Shown piece after piece: positions 33,142 to 42,700 of a DNA stretch of 43,916 bases. This stretch comes from a virus. Its lineage: Duplodnaviria; Caudoviricetes. Where the stretch lies: the IMG/VR virus record IMGVR_UViG_3300017747_001763, positions 1 through 43,916 of that record; one strand, given 5' to 3'. The notes beneath the pieces were generated by a model, which searched no databases, was not told where the DNA came from, and saw nothing but the letters and a program-made list of their open reading frames with translations. Numbering within the stretch: position 1 is the stretch's first letter; each line of letters starts with the position of its first letter. The translations under genes and the position numbers were made by a program.

Positions 33142-35190
33142 ATGACAATCCTTGAAGCGGCGTTGTCATGGGCAGCGCGGGGGTTCCGCGTCTTCCCGAT
33201 CCTACCAGGCGACAAGGTTCCGCCAAAGGACTTGCGCTGGAAGGAGGAGGCTACCTCGGACCCCGCTAAGATCGGGGCGTGGTGGGCCTTCGAGCCGCGC
33301 TACAACTATGGCGTGGCGGCCGGTGAGGGCACGCTGATCCTCGACGTGGATGCCGGCAAGAACGGCTACGCCGCGCTGCTCGACATCGACCTACCCGTGA
33401 CGCTCACGGTCAAGACGCCAGGGGGCGGTGAGCACCAGTATTTCAGCGGCCCTGATGTCGCGAACTCTGTCGATCGCATTGCGCCCGGCTTGGACATCCG
33501 CTCGGCCGGCGGCTACGTCATCGGACCTGGCTCGTTCTTCGCCGACCCCGGTGGCAAGAAGGGCTACACCGGCACCTATCACATCATCAATGACGTGGCG
33601 CTCGCCCCCGCGCCCGAGCACTTCATCCTCGTCGCCGGCACGCCCAAGGAGCGCGAGACCGGCGCGGCCGTCAGCATCGACGATCCCGACGACATCGTGT
33701 TCGCGATCCACTACCTCCAGAAGGACGCGCCTATCGCTGTCGAGGGACGCGGCGGCGACAACACCACCTATGCGGTCGCGGCGCGCGTCGTCGAGATCGG
33801 CGTCTCGGCCGAGCGCGCGGCCGACCTGATGGCCGAGCACTGGAACGAGCGCTGCCTGCCGCCGTGGACCAAGGAAGAACTGCTGGTCAAGGCAACGAAC
33901 GCGCAGAACTATCTCCAGACCCGCCAGGGGTCAGGCGGCGTGGCCGCTGCGGCGGCAGACTGGGGGGCGGCCGTCACGCTTGCGCCCGAGCCGCCCCCGA
34001 CATCGGCCGGGAAGTATGACAAGATATTCTCCCGCCGCACCCTGACGCCGCTGGAGGAGATCCCCCCTCGCGACTGGATCATGCACAGGCTGCTCATGCG
34101 GGGCGAGGGCTCGGTCCTCGCTGGCCCCGGCGGTGTGGGCAAGTCCGGCTTCTCGCTGGCGCTGGCGGCCCACGGGGCGGCCGGCAGGAGCTTCGCCGGG
34201 TTCATCGTGCCCCGGCCGTTCAAGACCATCGTCTACAACCTGGAGGACAACCGGCACGAGATGGAAGCCCGGCTCTATGCCGCGTGCGCCACCTACGACC
34301 TAGACCCCCGCGAGGTGGAGAAGCACGTCCTGCTCTGGCCCGGCCGCGAGCAGCGGTTCCGGCTGATGAACCGGGACCACACCTTCGCCATGGCCGACAT
34401 CCAGGAGATCGCCCGCCTGATGCGCAGCGAGAGCTTCGACGCCGTCGTGCTCGACCCGCTGATCTCGCTGCACCACGAGGAGGAGAATGACAACGCGGCG
34501 ATGGGCGACGTGATGGACGCCTTCAACGGGCTGTGCCGCCTCGCCAACGCCGCCGGCCTCGCGCTCCAGCACACACCCAAGGGCGTCCGGCAAGCGGGCT
34601 CCAGCGACGCCGTGCGCGGCGCGGGCAACATCGTCAACGCCGTCCGCATCGCCAGCACGATTTACGCGGCCGACGAGGCGGACGCCGCGCTCTACGGTTT
34701 CGGCGACGGCTACAAGGGCCGCTATGTCAGGATCGACGACGCCAAGCAGAACCACGCCGCACTGGAGACGAAGCCGCTGTGGCTGGAGAAACAGAGCTTC
34801 CCCCTGCCCAACGGCGACACGAGCTATTCGATGCGGATGATGGAACCCTCGGCGACCATGGCCGGCGAGGCCAAGTTCATCGCGACGATCCTGGCGGATC
34901 ACATGAACCGGGCCGGGTCGATCCACCTCGCGACCTACGACGCGGCGCGCGTGCTCACCTCGGCCGACAACTACTTCAGGGATAAGGTGCCGGCGTCCGG
35001 CGACCTGCGGCAGATCAAGTCGCTGATCGAACTGCGGCTGTCGCAGGCGGTGCAGACCGATGCCGGCGAGATCGTGCGGGCTGTGCCGAAGACCGAACCA
35101 GGTGCGGCCACGTCGCGGATGTTCATCGAGTTGAGCGACGGCCCGAGGCCGCCGCAAGAGAGCACTGTCGTGGACGAGTGGGGCGGCTAG
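33142..35190 (+). CDS. Bifunctional Prim-Pol primase with AAA_25 (RepA-like) helicase (ends EWGG)
   Basis: G..VFP, LDVD, TPGGGEH.YF, DIRS.GGYV.GPGS; Walker A GPGGVGKS, Walker B VVLDP, H-T-P-K, RGAG. Confidence 0.9.
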   Translation: MTILEAALSWAARGFRVFPILPGDKVPPKDLRWKEEATSDPAKIGAWWAFEPRYNYGVAAGEGTLILDVDAGKNGYAALLDIDLPVTLTVKTPGGGEHQYFSGPDVANSVDRIAPGLDIRSAGGYVIGPGSFFADPGGKKGYTGTYHIINDVALAPAPEHFILVAGTPKERETGAAVSIDDPDDIVFAIHYLQKDAPIAVEGRGGDNTTYAVAARVVEIGVSAERAADLMAEHWNERCLPPWTKEELLVKATNAQNYLQTRQGSGGVAAAAADWGAAVTLAPEPPPTSAGKYDKIFSRRTLTPLEEIPPRDWIMHRLLMRGEGSVLAGPGGVGKSGFSLALAAHGAAGRSFAGFIVPRPFKTIVYNLEDNRHEMEARLYAACATYDLDPREVEKHVLLWPGREQRFRLMNRDHTFAMADIQEIARLMRSESFDAVVLDPLISLHHEEENDNAAMGDVMDAFNGLCRLANAAGLALQHTPKGVRQAGSSDAVRGAGNIVNAVRIASTIYAADEADAALYGFGDGYKGRYVRIDDAKQNHAALETKPLWLEKQSFPLPNGDTSYSMRMMEPSATMAGEAKFIATILADHMNRAGSIHLATYDAARVLTSADNYFRDKVPASGDLRQIKSLIELRLSQAVQTDAGEIVRAVPKTEPGAATSRMFIELSDGPRPPQESTVVDEWGG

Positions 35191-35525
35191 GCCTGCTTCA
35201 CCCAGACCTGCGTGCCTGGCCCATACTCCAGGTCGATGTCGAGCACCGCGAGCGGGGTGCCGCCGAACCGCTCCATCAGGACGCCGTTGTCATCGGGCGG
35301 GTTGTCGCCGGCAGCAGCGTCGCCAGAGGACAGGGGCGGGACGACGGCAAGGCGGAACCGCTCGGCGTCGGACGACGCCTTCAGCAGGCAACCGCCCACG
35401 GGCACGGGCTCGACAGCCGTCACCCTGGTCCAGGACGCGGGCGCGGCAAGCGACGTGGTGAGGATGGTCACGCCCGCACCCGAGCCGGGGCCGGTCGTCT
35501 TCAGTGTCGTGACGGTGATGGTCAT
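35187..35525 (-). CDS. Hypothetical protein, last gene of the late arm
   Basis: 112 aa, beta-rich; its stop shares the CTAG at 35187-35190 with the convergent primase stop. Confidence 0.65.
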   Translation of the reverse strand: MTITVTTLKTTGPGSGAGVTILTTSLAAPASWTRVTAVEPVPVGGCLLKASSDAERFRLAVVPPLSSGDAAAGDNPPDDNGVLMERFGGTPLAVLDIDLEYGPGTQVWVKQA

Positions 35526-35932
35526 GGTGCCCCCTGCTGGCGTGGCTGGCGCGGCGCGCCGTTGTTCTCCAGCGTAGCACGGAACCAGGCCAGGGTCTCG
35601 CGGATCGCGGACAACTGCGCCAGCACTTCGCCGTTGGTCTTGGACTGGATGATCGCCTGCTCATTCGATACGCGCCGAACTTCCTGGAGCCCGTCAACCG
35701 TGTTGTTGAGCCGGGTCGTGAAGTTCGCGTCGTTCAGGATGAACTGGTTCGCCATCTTCTCGGTGTCGCTGACCGACACCTTGATCCTGGCGAGCTCGCG
35801 CTCGTTCGCCTCGACACGATACGACATGACGGCGTAGTTCATCAGCGTCGCGGCGATGACGGTGATGATCGTGTAGGCGTTGAAGTCCCAGCGGATGGTG
35901 GGGAGGTGCACGGCCGGCTCCTTCTCGCTCAT
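35522..35932 (-). CDS. Single-TM coiled-coil protein, possible holin
   Basis: Likely start 35932 (MSEKEPAV); TM AYTIITVIAATLMNYAVM then heptads; within the lysis cassette. Confidence 0.5.
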   Translation of the reverse strand: MSEKEPAVHLPTIRWDFNAYTIITVIAATLMNYAVMSYRVEANERELARIKVSVSDTEKMANQFILNDANFTTRLNNTVDGLQEVRRVSNEQAIIQSKTNGEVLAQLSAIRETLAWFRATLENNGAPRQPRQQGAP

Positions 35933-35942
35933 AGCGATAGCC

Positions 35943-36137
35943 CTAGCTCCTACACCACGCGCCACGGCGCGCATTGTTCCCCTTCGCCCCGTCTACGGTG
36001 CGGGGATCGTCGGTCGAAGCCCACGGGGTCGGCCGCCAGACGGCGCACACTTCAGTCGAGCCGGTATCCGTCGTTTGACAGGCGGCAAGAAGCATCGGCG
36101 AGGCAACGAGTAGCAGCACTGTCAGCAAGCGTCGCAT
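35943..36137 (-). CDS. Rz1: o-spanin lipoprotein
   Basis: Signal peptide with lipobox LLAAC, two further Cys; overlaps the i-spanin 3' end in another frame. Confidence 0.8.
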   Translation of the reverse strand: MRRLLTVLLLVASPMLLAACQTTDTGSTEVCAVWRPTPWASTDDPRTVDGAKGNNARRGAWCRS

Positions 36138-36276
36138 CGTTCAGCCTCTTTCGCACTTCAGCGGCGCGCTCGACGCGCTCCTGCTGGCGGCCCATGTCCT
36201 TGACCGTGTGATACGCGACGCCAAGAACGAGCGCAACCGCGACCGCTGCGGCGATCCTGATGTAGATACCAATCAT
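36052..36276 (-). CDS. Rz: i-spanin
   Basis: N-terminal TM, periplasmic helix, C-terminal Cys pair; follows the endolysin. Confidence 0.75.
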   Translation of the reverse strand: MIGIYIRIAAAVAVALVLGVAYHTVKDMGRQQERVERAAEVRKRLNDATLADSAATRCLADASCRLSNDGYRLD

Positions 36277-37124
36277 GGCGTGGTGGCCTTGCTGCGGTTG
36301 ATCGTGAGCCGCCCCGAGAGCACGAGCCAGGCACCGACGCCCCCGGCTACGAGGATCAGGCCGAACGCTACCAACGCCCAGGGGTTCTGGACTGCGGCGA
36401 GCAGCGACGTGGCGAGGGCACCGCCCGTCGTCAGGGCGATGGTCCCGACACTGCCGCTCTGCGCGGGCGGCACGTCGTCCGGCTTGGCGTCTTCCTTCTT
36501 CACGTCAACCGGCTGCGGTGTTGCGGTGTCGGCCGCCTCCAGCGCGTCGAGGAACGCCCGGTGGTAGGTCGCGATCAGCTTGGCCTTGTCCTTGCCGTTG
36601 ACGATCCGGCGCGCCTCGATAGCGTCGTTCACGAACTGGTTGAAGTAGTCGGCCAGCTTCTTGCCAGTGAACATGCCCTCATACATGCCGATCACACACG
36701 CCTTCGCAGCGGGCACGACCTCCAGCATGAGGCTCGGGTTCTTCACCAGATCGAGCCCGAGGCGCGCGCCCATCTTGACGTAGTTGGCGAGGAAGGTCAG
36801 TTGCACGAAGCCTCGCCCGAACCAGCCGTCCCGCCAGTAGGGCTTGCTCACCTGCTTCAGCTTGCCGGCGGCCCACGCCTTGTCGAGCCGGGCGATGGTG
36901 TCCGCGTCGCTCTTGCCGAACGCCTCGCGCACAGGCTGCATCGTGCCGCCGGTCTCGTGAAAGGCGGTCGCGAGGATGTAGGCGACCCAGCGCAGGTCGA
37001 TGACCGCGTAGAGCGTGCAAGCGTCCAGGAGGGCTTCGACGCCCTGCACCTGTGCCGTGGACAGCCGACCCCCGAACGGGGCCTTGCGGGCGTAGGCGAA
37101 GAAGGTGGTTCGGTTGATAGCCAC
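36273..37124 (-). CDS. Endolysin, GH19 chitinase/lysozyme-like, with C-terminal transmembrane segments
   Basis: AYILATAFHET, P.RE, GRGFVQLT..NY and ARRIVNG.D motifs; hydrophobic C-terminal tail. Confidence 0.88.
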   Translation of the reverse strand: MAINRTTFFAYARKAPFGGRLSTAQVQGVEALLDACTLYAVIDLRWVAYILATAFHETGGTMQPVREAFGKSDADTIARLDKAWAAGKLKQVSKPYWRDGWFGRGFVQLTFLANYVKMGARLGLDLVKNPSLMLEVVPAAKACVIGMYEGMFTGKKLADYFNQFVNDAIEARRIVNGKDKAKLIATYHRAFLDALEAADTATPQPVDVKKEDAKPDDVPPAQSGSVGTIALTTGGALATSLLAAVQNPWALVAFGLILVAGGVGAWLVLSGRLTINRSKATTP

Positions 37125-37133
37125 GGCCGTCTC

Positions 37134-37802
37134 CTAGTTGAGCTTGATCGCGGTGAGACCGCCCTGGCCCGCGTTGACGATCATCGCCTGGTTCCCCGAG
37201 CCGTCGATGGCCGGGTCCGACGAACGGCACCGCAGGTTGTTGTGCAAGCGCACCTGCGAGTAGTTCGACCCGAACGTGATAGCAGCATGCCGGTTCCAGG
37301 CAAAGTAGTGCTCGCGGGTCTGGCGCACGTTGTTGCCGGCGATGTAGAAGCCGACCGAGAAGTGGCCCGTTGCGTCATGGGCGAGCGCCGAATAGCTCGC
37401 GGTCCAGGTCAGCCACGGGGCCTGCTCGACGTTGAAGTCCCAGTCCGACCGGACCTGGCCCTGTGAGATGATCAGATACTTGTCGCCGGCCTTCACGTTC
37501 GCCAAGTCGATGTGGTGCAGCGAACGCCAGAATGACTGAAGCGGCTGACCAATCGGCACGTTCGTGAAGTTGTCCACGAAGTTCTGGAGGATCGTCGGGC
37601 GGGCAGCGGCGGCGTTCGCGGTGGTCTGCGCAGTTCCGGCCAGCGTGGCGGCAGCAGCGGCAGCGGCCACGGCCGCGTCGATGTCGCTATCCAGCGAGAT
37701 AAGCTGCCCATCCACGGTGGTGCTGTGGGCCTCCAGCGCGTCGATGCGCGGGATCAGAGTTCCGCCAGCGGCAGTCGCTGCGAGGTCACGAGCGCGGCCC
37801 AT
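37134..37802 (-). CDS. Tail-associated/structural protein
   Basis: 222 aa; coiled N-terminus and beta-rich C-terminus; follows the tail fibre. Confidence 0.6.
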   Translation of the reverse strand: MGRARDLAATAAGGTLIPRIDALEAHSTTVDGQLISLDSDIDAAVAAAAAAATLAGTAQTTANAAAARPTILQNFVDNFTNVPIGQPLQSFWRSLHHIDLANVKAGDKYLIISQGQVRSDWDFNVEQAPWLTWTASYSALAHDATGHFSVGFYIAGNNVRQTREHYFAWNRHAAITFGSNYSQVRLHNNLRCRSSDPAIDGSGNQAMIVNAGQGGLTAIKLN

Positions 37803-37803
37803 A

Positions 37804-39792
37804 TCAAGCTCCTAGGAAGACGACGTGGTTCGTCGTGATGGACGGCTGCACGTTCTGGTGAGCGTTGCCACTGCCGTTGTTGCTGATCGTGATGCCCGTA
37901 ACCGCAGCGGTCATGTTCCCCAGGAGGAAGGCGTTGGCGCTCTGACCCGCCGCCGCGACCGTGCCGGTGCCCGCCGCGTTGCCGCCGCCCGCGTAGGTAT
38001 GGGCATGGCCGGGGTCCACGGTGCCGTGGTTATGCACGGCCGTCTCGGCAAGCGTCGTGGCGTGACGATCCACGCCGCCAGCCGCCCCGAGGCGAGCCGC
38101 GTTCAGGCCGGGGTTGCCGGTGCCCGAGTTCGTGACCCGGCTCGCCGCCGTGCCGCCCATGTTGTCGCGGCCGATGGCTGCTCGACCGCGCCGATCCGGC
38201 TTGTTGAAGGTCGTCGCCCCGTCGCCCCGGCCGTGCGGCAGGATGCGCAGCGACACCGCGCCGGACGCGGCGGCATTGCCCGAGAGCGTGATGCTGTTCG
38301 ACGTGAGCGAACTGATGGTCAGGCCCGACACAGACCCGGCCGAGCCCTCGACGATGGCCCCTTCGAGCCCGAGCCCGGTCAGGTCTTCCGAGACGGCCGT
38401 GATCGTGGCGTTGCCATTGGTCAGTGTCCCCGAGACCACGACGGTCAGCGCCTCGAAGGCGAGCGCGAAGGTGGCGCGCGAGACCGCCGCACCGTCCGCC
38501 CAGCCGTGCAGTGCCGGCAGCTTGGGTCCAGCGAAGTCCTTCACCTCGCCGGGCGCAGCGCCAACGACGGGCTGCGCGAAGCTCCACTTGCTGACGCCGT
38601 CCGACACCAGGCGGATCGCCGAGCGCGGCGTGGTGAGCACGGCCGCCGTCGCGCCGTTGATCGTGTCCGCCCCGGCCCGCTGGAGCGTCAGGGTGTTCAC
38701 CGTCGTGACGCCGCCCGCGCTGTCGAACACCTCGATTGCTTCGCCGGGGTTGACGGCGCTTGCCGCCGGCAAGGTGTAGACCCGCGCCGCCGTCAGCGCC
38801 GTTGCGACGTGGACGACGCGCGTGTCAGCCGAGACCGCCGAGTTGGCGTTCGGCCCGGTCATGACCTTCGTGATCTCCAGGTTCTGCCGGCCGTTCTTCT
38901 TGTTGCTCACGTCGGCCAGATCGTTGTCCGCGATCAGCGCGTTCGTGATGTTGACCGCCTTGAACTCGACGACATCAATGTGCGCCTGGTCAGCCGCGCC
39001 AGCGGTCAGCGTGATCAGCGGGGACACCGCCGTGTATTCGGTCAGCGGGTCGAGGAGCAAGCCGTCGTAGTAGACGAACAGCGCGTTCGTGGTGAACGGG
39101 CCGACCGCGATCACGGTCTGGCCGGCGGTCATCGTGTATTCCCGGCGCGAGGCCGAGTTCACGCCGTTCAGCAGAAGCTGGATGTCGGACAGGGCCTGCG
39201 CCGCCGCGAGCGCGGAACTCTCGGCGCTGCCTTCCGCCGTCTCGGCTGCGTTGGCCGCCGCGACCGCGATAGCAGCCGCTGCCACGGCGTCGGCCATCGC
39301 CTGCTCGAAGGCCGCTCGGTCGAGCAGTTCGATCTTGCCGTCATTGTCGAAGGCGAACAGCTTGGCGACGCGGTCGCTGGCCTTGGGAAGCTCCAGCAGC
39401 CCGGCCGTCTCGGTCGTGTAGATCGCGTCGCCGACACGGACGGATCGCCGCGCCGAGCGCAGCAGGTATTGCGCGATCATCGTCAGCTTGTCGAGCGCGT
39501 TGTCCAGCGTTCCTTCGAGCACGGTCTGGCCGTTCTCGAAGTCGATCAACTGGGACGGCGACGGGTTGCGCACGAGCATGACCCGCACCAGGTTCCCCGG
39601 CGGAACGGTGAACGTCACCTCGCCGCCAGCGTCGTCCCCCGCCCCCGTGACCGTGAAGCCCGCGACCTGCACCACCCCGTTCAGTGCGACGAATAGATCG
39701 CTGTCCGACAAGAAGCGGGACGGGAACCCGAAGACGGTGCTGACCCCGTCGCCAAGGTAGGAGTATTCAACAGTTTGAGCTTCAACCGGCAT
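37804..39792 (-). CDS. Tail fibre protein
   Basis: T7 gp17-like N-terminus (Y.GDG..T.F.FP...LDKLTMIAQ), collar domain (PG.V..FAG...W.DG.AVSR...TTFNKPDRRGR) and H-x-H tip motifs. Confidence 0.88.
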   Translation of the reverse strand: MPVEAQTVEYSYLGDGVSTVFGFPSRFLSDSDLFVALNGVVQVAGFTVTGAGDDAGGEVTFTVPPGNLVRVMLVRNPSPSQLIDFENGQTVLEGTLDNALDKLTMIAQYLLRSARRSVRVGDAIYTTETAGLLELPKASDRVAKLFAFDNDGKIELLDRAAFEQAMADAVAAAAIAVAAANAAETAEGSAESSALAAAQALSDIQLLLNGVNSASRREYTMTAGQTVIAVGPFTTNALFVYYDGLLLDPLTEYTAVSPLITLTAGAADQAHIDVVEFKAVNITNALIADNDLADVSNKKNGRQNLEITKVMTGPNANSAVSADTRVVHVATALTAARVYTLPAASAVNPGEAIEVFDSAGGVTTVNTLTLQRAGADTINGATAAVLTTPRSAIRLVSDGVSKWSFAQPVVGAAPGEVKDFAGPKLPALHGWADGAAVSRATFALAFEALTVVVSGTLTNGNATITAVSEDLTGLGLEGAIVEGSAGSVSGLTISSLTSNSITLSGNAAASGAVSLRILPHGRGDGATTFNKPDRRGRAAIGRDNMGGTAASRVTNSGTGNPGLNAARLGAAGGVDRHATTLAETAVHNHGTVDPGHAHTYAGGGNAAGTGTVAAAGQSANAFLLGNMTAAVTGITISNNGSGNAHQNVQPSITTNHVVFLGA

Positions 39793-39793
39793 G

Positions 39794-42700
39794 TCACCGC
39801 CTCGTGTAGTTGGAATTGCCGGTCAGCACCTGCAAAGTCTCGCGCATCCCGTAATAGCTTTGTCCAGGCAAGATCGCAATCGCCTGGTTCACGTCTCGCT
39901 TCGGCGGGGTTTTCCCGCTGGCCTTGTCCCCGACGACGCGCCCGACCGCGATGGCGCTGTCGATCATACCGGCCGAGGGGCCGAGGACAGCGCCGAAGGC
40001 CGCCGCGCTGTCGGACGCCCTGGTCGAGGTGATGCCGACGCCGCCCTTGCCGCCGAGCATGGCGATGGGCGACTTGACCGGGTTGAACCTGTAGTCGTAG
40101 CCGGCCGCGCCCGAGACGCGCTCCGTCCGGTTCGCGAGGTCAAACAGGATCGGGAAGAAGCCCGAGCGGTCCAGCCCCTCGCCGACCAGCAGCATCGGGT
40201 TCTTCGCCGTCTCCTCGGTATACTTCTTCCAGCGCTCCGCGCCGCCCCGCCAGGCCGCCAGGTAGGAGGTCATGCCCCCCAGCATGGTCAGGGCCGTGAG
40301 CCCGCCGATCAGCCGCGCATGGCTCTCCTGGAGCCCACGGATCATGACGCGGCTGTGCGCGCCCATGGCGTAGCCCGAGAACTGCGTGATCATCTTGCCG
40401 ACCGGGTGGTTCGCGAACAGCGGCGCATCGCCGATGCCGCGCCGCGACACGATGCTGTTCACGTCGGTGTTGATGGCCGCCCGGTAGGTCCGCACGGCGT
40501 TCTCGTTGCGCGCGATCTCGGCGGGCGTGCCGCCCTCGGTCAGCCAGCGCTCGGTGTTCGCCACGCGGATGTCGTCCACCGTCTCGCCGTATTTGGCGAA
40601 CAGCCGCGCGATGTCGCCCTGCGTCCTCTCGTCCACCCCGAGCATGCGCAGGAGCCGGGTGCCGTCGCCCTTGACGAACGATCCGTCCTTGCCGCCGTTG
40701 CCGATGATCGCTTCGAGCACGCGGTGCTGCGACACGCTGGAGGCGATGGCCTGCTGCGCGTCGGTGAACACGTTCATGAAGTTCCAGCGAGACGCCAGGC
40801 CCGTCGCCTTCTGCAAGAAGCGCTCGACCTGCGTGGTCTTGTTCAGGAACGGATCGGCGATGTCCCCGTTCGCCGCCATCAGCGAGTGCGTGACCCGCTC
40901 GCTGATCAGGCCCGCCAGCTTCGCCTCCTTGATCGACGCCTTGAACCCGCCGCTGCCGGCGTCGAAGGCCTGCGCCAGCGCCTGGGGCATGGTGCGCAGA
41001 TACGGCCCGATCCCGTGGACCATGGCCGGGCGGTAGAAGTCCGTGATGTTCGCCAGCAGGACGCCGCCCATCTGCCGGATGTAGTTGAAGTGCATCAGCG
41101 AGCGCGTGACGCTGGCGAAGTTTGAGTTGTTCACGCCCTGGCCGTAGGTGCCTCGGATCAGATCGCGGCCTGCCTTCGTGTCGGTGATCGCCGAGCTTTC
41201 GTCCTGCGCCAGCACCTGCTGCGCGTCGAGCTTCGACTTGGCGAGGTCGGCGCGCTTGCCATACTTGTCCCGGCCGAGCACGGAGTTCAGGTCGGCGATG
41301 GTCGCGGCCTTGTCCACGGCCACGCGCAGATCGGAGTATTCCTGCGCGATCTCCGCAAGCTGGTCCGACATGTCGGCCTTGCCGAAGCGGCGGGTCAGTT
41401 CGATCTCGCCAGCCATCGACCGGGCGTAGCGGTTCGCCACCTCGCGCACGTCGTCCTTCAGCCAGCCCTTGCCCTGGAGCAGTTCGTCGGGGACCATGAA
41501 GGTCCGGTCCTTCAGCGGGCCGCTGGTGATCTTCGTGATGAAGCTCGGGATGTCGTCGCGCTGCTGCACCTTGCCGGTGATCTTGTCGTAAATCTCCTTC
41601 GCCGTGGACCGGCCCGCTGCCTCGAAGTCGAACGCCTCGTTCTTCTCCAGCCCGAGCGCGCGGCGCGGCCCCCACTTCCCGTCGAAGCGGTTCTCGATAG
41701 CCTCCAGGACGCGGGCGAACTGGCTGCTCTGCGCCTCGGCGCGGGCCTTCACCTCGTCCGGCGTGAGCTTCGCGGCGCGCTCCTTCATCTTGCCCACGGC
41801 CTCGCCGCGCCGGATGCTGCGCTCGCCCGCCTGCCCAGCCAGGTCGTCGAGGAGCTTGGTCAGCGTGCCGACAAGCTCCTCGGCGTCGATCACCCCGAAC
41901 TGCGTCTGGTCAACCTTCGTGCCCTGCTCCAGCAGCTTGCTCTCGCGCCGCCCCTTCCGCTTGGCCGCGCCTGCCACCGGGTCGCCGGCCTTGCCCGCCT
42001 TCGGGGCGAGCGCCTGACGCAGTTCATCGACGTTGATGCCCTGGACCGACAGGCGCTCCAGTTCATCGACCAGCGACTGCGCCGTGGCGCGGGCGGCCTC
42101 CTGCTCGGCGCGGCGCGCCTGCCAGAACTGCGCCAGGCCCTCGGGCTGGTCGCCCCCTTCGCCGGCCTTCTCCAGCGCGGCGAGCCGGCGGTCTGACGCG
42201 GCGAGCGCCTTCTGGATCTTGTCGGCCTCCTTCAGCGCGTCGCCAAGGGCGCTCTCGGCCTGGCCGACCGGGTCGGCGGCAAGCTTGTTCATGATGTTGC
42301 GCAAGCGCTTCGCCGACGACACGACGGCGCGCTTGGCGGTCTCCTGCGCGTCGTCGATGCGCTGGCTGATCTTCTCATAGCGGCTGGCCTGCGCATCGGG
42401 GTTGCGCTCGGTCAGGTTCCTCATGCGGGCTCGCAGGTTCGCGCGCTCCGTCAGGTAGTTCTTCAGGTCGTCGCCGCCCTTGTCCATCAGGCGCTTCACC
42501 TCGGCGCGAGCCGTCGTCTTGGCCTGCTCGTCCACGGCGTCACGCACGCGGCCACGGGCTTCGGACAGGTCGTCGATCAGGTCTTCGAGGTGGCTGTTCT
42601 TGGCGTCGAGCGCCTTGCCCTCGGCACCGATCTGGTCGATGCGGGAGGAGCGCTCGGGGCCGGACAGGTTCATGTCCTCGGTGCGCAGACGATACTTGGC

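Noticed and set aside
37134-39792. BPP-1-like diversity-generating retroelement targeting the tail fibre
   Set aside because: Despite the BPP-1-like head module, I see no reverse transcriptase, no avd and no TR/VR repeat pair
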